From contig BDGG01000001.1 in NCBI GenBank assembly GCA_001949185.1, positions 6,671,591-6,735,590 on the forward strand: 64,000 bases of DNA, given 5' to 3'. Shown here piece by piece: positions 57,368-64,000 of the stretch. Below the pieces are notes generated by a model that did no database searches, was not told where the DNA came from, and saw only the letters and a program-made list of their open reading frames with translations. The first letter of the stretch is position 1. Each line of letters starts with the position of its first letter. The position numbers were made by a program, and so were the translations under genes. This DNA is from Ramazzottius varieornatus (lineage: Eukaryota > Animalia > Tardigrada).

Positions 57368-58627
57368 ATGAAGGCTTCCGGAGATGTAAGTCGGTCTTAC
57401 CGATTCATTCCGTTCTAGCTTTGCTTCTTCCAGACTCCAGATATTTTTCCATCGGAGCTCGGGCATCAGATTGCGTGTAGATTCGTCTTACACAGACGAG
57501 TATTACTTCCTTACTGATGCAATAGTATCCCACTGTTTGTCGCATCCTTCGCCGTAACTCCAGGCGCGTGGATTGAACTTCAAGGAGTGACATTCGCCAA
57601 TCAACAATCAAGGTAATCATCCACTAACTTCGTTCTCTCATTGCAGTTGAAGGAATACAAAGTCATCGGCCGGGCACATCCCAAGCCTGACACTCCTAAT
57701 CCTCCCCTGTACCGTATGAGGATTTTCGCACCTGATCGAGTTGTCGCCAAGTCGCGCTTCTGGTATTTTGCCCGTCAGCTGAAGAAGCTGAAGAAAAGCG
57801 TCGGTGAAATCGTCTGCTGTGAAGAGGTACGCGTCATCATTTCCGCTCGTTTCGTCCTTACCTCTGTACTTTCCTACCTGAAAAGTCTGCTAGATATCGT
57901 TGGGTTGTAGGTCAAAGATAAGAACCCCACCAAGATCCGGAACATTGGCATCTGGTTGCGTTATGACTCTCGATCGGGTACACACAACATGTACCGAGAA
58001 TACCGTGATGTGACCATTGCTGGAGCCGTCACACAATGCTGTAAGTCCTCTCTCGTCCTCTCGGTTATAGAGATGGACTATCAGGGAGCAAACTAATCGT
58101 CTGGGTATAATGTTCCGATTTTTGAATGATAGATAAAACGATTTGTTCAGTGTTCTTGGTTTTGAAGTACCTGCATACACAAAGTCGTGTCTTTGCTGGT
58201 TCAGCGAGTATGTAGGTGTGCGAAATACACTGCGAGCTCCCGTCCGCTGTTTGCTGACTTTTGACCCTGCTTCTTTTGCTTCAAACGTATGTTATGTTCT
58301 GTTCAAAATATGAGATGACAGAAATTAGCCTTTTGTAGATCGCGATATGGGAGCACGACACAGAGCTCGCGCTCATTCAATCCAAATCATCCGCGTGCAA
58401 GAAATTACCGCTGAGAAATGCCGAAGACCTAACATCAAGCAGTTTCACGTAAGACTTATCTTCTCAGACCGCTTCAAGTGCTAGGGAGTCTTCGCCGCGG
58501 TTGAAACAGTTGTCTTGGTTGTTTGCAGGATTCTTCGATCAAATTCCCATTGCCTCACAGAGTCAACCTGAAGCTTCATGCACCCCGATTCACAACCCGT
58601 CGGCCTAAGACTCATTTCTCTTCGTAA
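57368..58627 (+). CDS. RPL18A: 60S ribosomal protein L18a (eL20), 5 coding exons
   Basis: [15 protein letters not shown]...[23 protein letters not shown]...[12 protein letters not shown]; [23 protein letters not shown]; [16 protein letters not shown]; IKFPLPHR. Confidence 0.98.
57463..57609 (+). ncRNA. Candidate box H/ACA snoRNA in RPL18A intron 1
   Basis: Hairpin gcatcag...ctgatgc with upper stem tcgtct/agacga, followed by H box atagta (ANANNA), a second imperfect hairpin and ACA at about 57604. Confidence 0.45.
58078..58235 (+). ncRNA. Candidate structured RNA (H/ACA-like) in RPL18A intron 3
   Basis: Hairpin ctatca...tgatag followed directly by ataaaa (ANANNA); second hairpin cagtgt..tacctgcatac...gtatgtaggtg..acactg; ACA box position ambiguous. 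Confidence 0.35.
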
Positions 58628-58895
58628 ATCTAACTACGACGCTTTATCCGCTTTCTTTTTCCTCGAGTACTTTCTGTTATCAGTTATCACCAACACATGC
58701 TGTGGCTAGAACAACAACTCTGTCGCTCGAAAGATCGGAGCTCGACTGGAATTGTAACAATGGTCAGTCCTTCGAACAGTAGTACATGATCATGATGAAA
58801 GAACTATGACAGATTAGTGTTCCATCGTACTCGAATAAAATGATAAAAAGAACAAAACTGATCGTATCTGACAGCAAAACAACTTCAAGAAGAAC

Positions 58896-60340
58896 TCAGT
58901 CAGAGGAGCTTTCCCTGGAAGATAACTCGTCAGGAGGAAAGTCTCTCGGCGGCTGTCGATTTGGGTTGTAAAATTCGAGCGAATCGTCCACTTCATCGAA
59001 GCCTAAGAAAAACAAATAGACGCATAAAGGCTGATACAGTACAATATACACTTTCGCTGCCCGATGAAATTCTGGGCGGAAGTTTACCTTTCGTGCGTGC
59101 TTCGCCTTCTTCGTCTAACTTCTTCATGTATTCGTTCTGCGTTTCGATGATGTCGGCGCTTGTAGCACAAGCCTGATATTTCCTTAGAATCTCCAGATTC
59201 AGTTCCTTGAAAGAATGACCCCATTTGAATTTGTTCAAGAGGATATCGCACCAGTTTTCTCTATCTGGAAAAAAATACAAAACGATCAGACTCTGATTTG
59301 AATACGAAATTAGACTTTTCTTACCAACTATAAACAACGCTGCGGCGTAAGCTTCCACACAGGATAATTTACAGGGCTTTCCGTAGTTCACCGGGTTTGC
59401 AGCAATGAGGAACGGTAATAGACGAGTGTTGGCACCTTTCAGTCTTGCGAAAGGAGTGCTGGCCAACTGTGCCCACGAACAATCAACGACAGCGATGCCT
59501 CCCTTCTCAATGATCGCTCTAGAAAAATTCCAAGAATTGCGACCTCGGCAAATGATCAGCTCAGCTCGTTTTTCCAAGTGGCGCACGCGTTTGGTCAAAA
59601 CAAGAAAAAAGTGCGTCACTTGAGAAGACGATCTGGTGAATTCATTTGCCGACGTCTCAGTTTGTATCTGGCATCAAATCCAAGTGAAATAAGAACAATA
59701 TTTCATTGAACTTACTTGTCTTCATTCGAAACGCAAGCGCTCGCCGAAGGAGTGAGTACCACACCTCCGAAACGATCCTGAAAGGATTTCCGATCAGACA
59801 ACATTTTTTGAAAATGCTATTTCAACATTCCGCCGAAAATCTTACGCGGACGGCGAGACGCCGGACGTAGCCCAGTCTTGACAGCTTCCGTCCTGTACAC
59901 CTTTTAGGATCGCACTGATCGAAGTCCCACATGGCTAGAGGAAACGGAAGGCGACTTGGCTCCCAGTACTCCTCTTTCTCTCCGTCTTCGTCCTCTTCGG
60001 TGTTCGAACGATCTCCATCACTTATCGCCTCCGCCTCCTTGGTTTCTTCTAGCTCGGAGTTCAAATCGGTATCGCTGGCTTCGTTCTTCGATATGTTGAT
60101 GCGTTTATCTGTAACAACAGGACAGTTCGGTCAGAGTCCATAATTATATTCTGAATATGGACTCTGGTTCGGTGATCAGAAATGAATACGAAAGGCAACT
60201 ACGAGAAGAAACTCACACAGTTGATCAGCTCGCTCGGCACCCGCTTCCAGCTTCTCCTCGGGATCCGGCCGCCTCCTTTCTACATGGCGTGCTCCAGGAT
60301 GCGGCTTCTTCCCACCACGAGTCCTGTGTTTCGGTGGCAT
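58896..60340 (-). CDS. TSR3: 18S rRNA aminocarboxypropyltransferase TSR3, 6 exons
   Basis: [19 protein letters not shown]; RFGGVVLTP; [10 protein letters not shown]; [30 protein letters not shown]; FKWGHSF..LN. Confidence 0.97.
59541..59656. repeat. Intronic palindromic element (TSR3 intron)
   Basis: gacctcggcaaatga...ttccaagtggcgcac...gtgcgtcacttgagaa...tcatttgccgacgtc. Confidence 0.85.
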
Positions 60341-60800
60341 GATTGTACAGCGACAAAGTTCATCCAGACTTTCAGAGGAATGTTCAACCAGAACGCGTAC
60401 AGTCATCGGCCCATTCGACCATGAACTGGTGTAGCCGTTCCAGAAAGAGTTCTTGACATCATGGTACGCCAGTAACCGTAACGTGCAACACCTTACGTCA
60501 TGTGATTGATATTAGAGCGTATGATCCGAGCGCGAAACGAGTCACGCACTGGGCCAAGTGGGCTGTTCATCTAGATGATTTTGCCTTTTATTCTCACTTT
60601 TGATCCTTATAATCCTGGTCCATCTCCGTCTCATCGGTTCCCGCTCTGTTCCCGGAGTCTCTTGCCGGTTCCTTTCTGTTTTCTGGAGCAAAGCAACCCC
60701 CTACTCTTCTGCGTTGGTTGGGTTGTTCGAAGGTAAGTATTAGAGGCGAGAACTTTGTGCTGAACGAATTTCCAGGTGTATTTGGTTTACCAGATACAGG

Positions 60801-63800
60801 ATGGCGACCGCCAGACTGATCGAGTCTATCCGGGAGATTCGTGTCGTCCGTCAGTTTCTTGTCAAGTGGAAGAATCGCCCAGAAGAGGATAACACCTGGA
60901 TAAACGAAAATGAGCTCATCAACATGCACAACCTCGCCGTCGCGGCCGCGACGGGAGACTCTTCGAAGATGAACGATCAGCGATCCAGCGTCTCCATCCA
61001 AAGCCCGACAGGTAATTCCCTCTTCCCTCTTCCGCCGTACCTTGCTTCAATAAAGCTGCTTGAACCTTTCGTGATGCTCTTTCTTCGCTTGAGTACCGAT
61101 ACTGAGGACAATCCTGTTTGAGTTATCAGTTTGGCCGTCTGAAGAATTCTCGGTTATTTCTTTCGGCACGGCCTTGATCTCCATAACATGAGCCAGGGCA
61201 GTGCCGTATGTTTTGTTTTAGCATTAAGGGCTTACAAAGATAGATTACACCGCTGGTGGAATTACAACGCTGGTGTAATCGGCTCCACCCACACCCTCGC
61301 GATTGGCCTATTCATTCCACCAGACATTGCACTTTCGGTGTAATTACAAGTCGCTCCAGAACGACTCGTAATTACACCAGACGAAACCAAACATCCCGAG
61401 TGCTCCCCTCCAAACCTTCAAATGTCACTTCCATGACGAAGTCTTCCCTACTCGTCCTACTGGTGAGTGTATGGTGGTTCCTCCGACCTCAAAGATCTCA
61501 TAATCCTCCGATCGTACTTACCTGCAGTGCGGGGCTTTCAAAGCAATCCGTTACACCGCTTTCCTAACTGGTCAAAGAACTTTTCTGGGCGTATCCACCA
61601 AAGTAGCTGGTGTAATTACACCACCAAGTCAGCTTAGTCTTTGTAAGCCCTTATTGACTTATCCCTTGATTGAACGAGCATTGACTGCTTTTTTGCAGTA
61701 AGTGATGCCAACCGGGAATTTTCGATCGACACAGCTTCATCAGAGCAACCCCGAGCGTCCCGTCGCAAGTCTCGTACGCCATTACCAGCCCGACGAACGG
61801 TCCCTCTATCCTCTCATCGAAAGCGACGAACCGTCTCCCCTGAGTCACCCACCCAAGGAGGCACTGGAGAACGTGGGGCGCGAGCGAAGTCCGTCTTTGG
61901 TCAGCGTGGCGTGAAGAAAACCAAGAAGGGTCTGGAAGTCAAAAGTGTTGGAAGAAAGGCTTGCGGCAAGTCAGTCTCCATTCTACCGAAGCTGAGCAGT
62001 TCTGGTGAAAGCAGCGGAAACGGAAACAGTAAGCTTAGTAAAAAAACCGTCGCACTTCATTACAGTATTCACTGGACTGTGGGTGTGTTTTGCAGTCGTG
62101 TCGGAACTGAAGCGTATCGGGGCCACTTCGACTCCTGTACCAGGTAGGCACGTAAACTGTTTGTCCGGTGGTCAGGGCAATGGGCATGTAAAGTGGTAAC
62201 GTTCGTGGTATGCTTCAGAGGGTAGCGATGAGCCTATGGACGACAAGTCGCCTCCTCAAGGCAAAGCCCAAGGCACATCCCAACGTGGGAGCTGTGCAAG
62301 CAAAACGTACAAGACTATTATCTTGAGTGGCGCATGTCTTCTTTGCGACTGGCCGGAAGTCTGCGCCACTCAACTTCACTATCTTGTACGGCTCGTTTGC
62401 CCAGCTCAGTAGCTAGTCCTACCGTGTGATTACCCAAAGTCCTACCGTGTACCCTTAGACACAGAAAGTGACGAAGAAGGAGGAAGTCAGTCGAGTGTTG
62501 CCAATCTTGACGCCACTACGGTAAAGATTGTGCCTTCGCTGCCTGCGTTGCCGTCGTTCGCATCCATTGCCGCCACGAAGCCCATTGCTGAAGCCTTTAG
62601 CTCGGGATCCCCAGGTATGCCGTAGCTTCGAACTTGTCGAAGGTCTCGCTTGAAAGATGAGATGTCTCGGTTTGGTTATATCGTAAAAAAATTCTAGGAG
62701 GGAAACATCTCGCGCGCCGCTCAATCTTGATGGAAAAGAGTCGATCTCCTTCGAAGGCTGCACAGGTGGATCGATCTCAGTCTCAGAGTCTCAACGACGG
62801 TATGAGCAGCTCGATCGTGTCTAACGGTAAGATACCTACCGTCCCACTTGGAATTAAAAAGATCTCTCTGAAAACTGGACTAGTTTGTTCTTGAACGGGA
62901 GCTCGGTAGACAGACTCGACCAGGTCGTTGCCCTAAGTGGCGCAGGCTCTTGGCGGTATTGGCTCGAAACGCGCGCCACTTCAGTGGGAAAATCATCTGG
63001 CGAGTTCGCTTACCTGGCTACCAAACAAGTCCGCTAGTTTTGGATCCATCCATATGTGTTGTTTTTGTAGAAGTTCCTGAGCCTGCTGTTGGTCCAAGAA
63101 TCCCTAGAGCTTCGGCCGAGCGTCCGGCCAGGAGGGCGGCAGGACGCCCATCTGCTCAAAAGAAGCGACCCTCCACGTCCAGAGGTGAGTTTCAGATGGA
63201 CACTGCCAGTGCTTGTAATGGGGACGTCGGAAGATAAACTGAGCATGATCGTCATGGATCGTCTACGTTATCGTTGTTATCGGCTCAATGGGTGCGCCAC
63301 TTCGGCAAACGATTGTGTACGAATCATTTGCCCACGTCCCAGTAAAAAGGCTTTTAAAATCCTTTTTCGTTTCGGAACAGGTAAGAAGCAAGCGTTGCCG
63401 CAGTACGAGGTGGAGAATGTGTTGGGTGCAAAGTGGACTGGAACCGAGACTTGGTACCTGGTTCAGTGGAAAGGGTGAGCATGGCTAATGAGAGTTTTCT
63501 TATGAAACATTTTCGCTGAAAAGCAATGACGATGGTCTCACAGATATAACTCGCCGGATGATAACACCTGGGAGGATCAGTATAGCATGAAAGATGCTAG
63601 GGATCGAGTTAAAGAATTTGAGAACGTTTACGGGTAAGAAAAATTTGCCGTATAAACCGCTGTGAGTCTGTTTGGTCATGCGACGTTAGTACCTCATGTA
63701 GGATTGCTGGCCATAAGGTCCCGCTGATAATGTCTCCGGAAGGTGAGACCGCCGAGAAGCTGCGAACGATCAAAGACTAGCACTGGATGAAGATAGGCTT

Positions 63801-63893
63801 GGAAGGAAATCGGAAGTGAAAGTTTAATTTTGTTTTTTGTCGTTTCGTTGATTTTCAGTCATGGCGCTGAGGAAGAGAAGTGGGATGGTGTAA
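60801..63893 (+). CDS. Protein with N- and C-terminal chromodomains joined by a long Ser/Lys-rich linker (stop at 63780 or 63893 depending on the last splice)
   Basis: N-terminal LIESIREIRVVRQFLVKWKNRPEEDNTWINENEL; C-terminal QYEVENVLGAKWTGTETWYLVQWKG/YNSPDDNTWED..MKDARDRVKEFE; intervening short GT-AG exons. Confidence 0.8.
61225..61653. mobile_element. ~430-bp MITE with GTGTAATTACAC-type subterminal motifs in an intron of the chromodomain gene
   Basis: Perfect 16-bp TIR taagggcttacaaaga...tctttgtaagccctta; internal ttacac/gtgtaa repeats. Confidence 0.85.
62289..62407. repeat. Intronic palindromic element
   Basis: gagctgtgcaagcaaaacgtacaaga..ttgagtggcgca...tgcgccactcaa..tcttgtacggctcgtttgcccagctc. 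Confidence 0.85.
62899..63019. repeat. Intronic palindromic element
   Basis: gagctcggtagacagactcgaccagg..taagtggcgca...cgcgccacttc..atctggcgagttcgcttacc. Confidence 0.85.
63221..63340. repeat. Intronic palindromic element, degenerate left arm
   Basis: gggacgtcgg...gtgcgccacttcggcaaacgattgtgtacgaatcatttgcccacgtccc. Confidence 0.65.
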
Positions 63894-64000
63894 AGCGGCA
63901 GTGTTGGTGCAACGAAGGACTTCTGATTTTCGCGGTTTCTGTAAGACCTTAACGCAATATGGCTTTTGTTCCTAAAAAGTTCTTTCGACCGATTGGTCTT

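Noticed and set aside
62416-62455. Short direct duplication agtcctaccgtgt near a 3' splice site
   Set aside because: A 13-bp local duplication with no further structure; probably replication slippage or an excision footprint.
5422-63380. Palindrome family as introners (intron-generating elements)
   Set aside because: The elements lie inside introns with unrelated flanks of variable length, and splice sites are not supplied by the element termini.
1-64000. tRNA or rRNA genes
   Set aside because: No cloverleaf with A/B boxes or rRNA-like conserved segments were recognised by eye; a tRNAscan-SE or Rfam run would be needed to exclude them.

Overview
Eukaryotic (metazoan) genomic DNA with compact GT-AG introns and roughly balanced GC; the gene style suggests a small-genome ecdysozoan such as a tardigrade (inference only). 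Recognisable genes: FAM110-like (-), a secreted LRR protein (+), pirin (-), a divergent condensin kleisin CAP-H/barren (+), a small single-pass membrane protein and an EGF/SEA mucin-like receptor (-), a 20-kb jitterbug/FLN-2-type filamin with 3 CH domains and about 28 Ig repeats (+), two small secreted-peptide genes missed by the ORF track (+), HAPSTR1/C16orf72 (+), RPL18A (+, with candidate intronic H/ACA snoRNAs), TSR3 (-) and a two-chromodomain protein (+). Mobile DNA: a frameshifted DD37D (maT) Tc1/mariner transposase at the left edge, a transposon island at about 15-22 kb (nested pogo/Tc2-like elements, hAT-type MITEs) and several hairpin MITE families. The most striking unexplained structure is a ~120-bp palindromic element (core AAGTGGCGCAC...GTGCGCCACTT) at about 15 loci, all inside introns. 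It sometimes forms tandem arrays of cores, and copy-specific substitutions are mirrored in both arms. All exon boundaries and family assignments were made by eye, without database searches.
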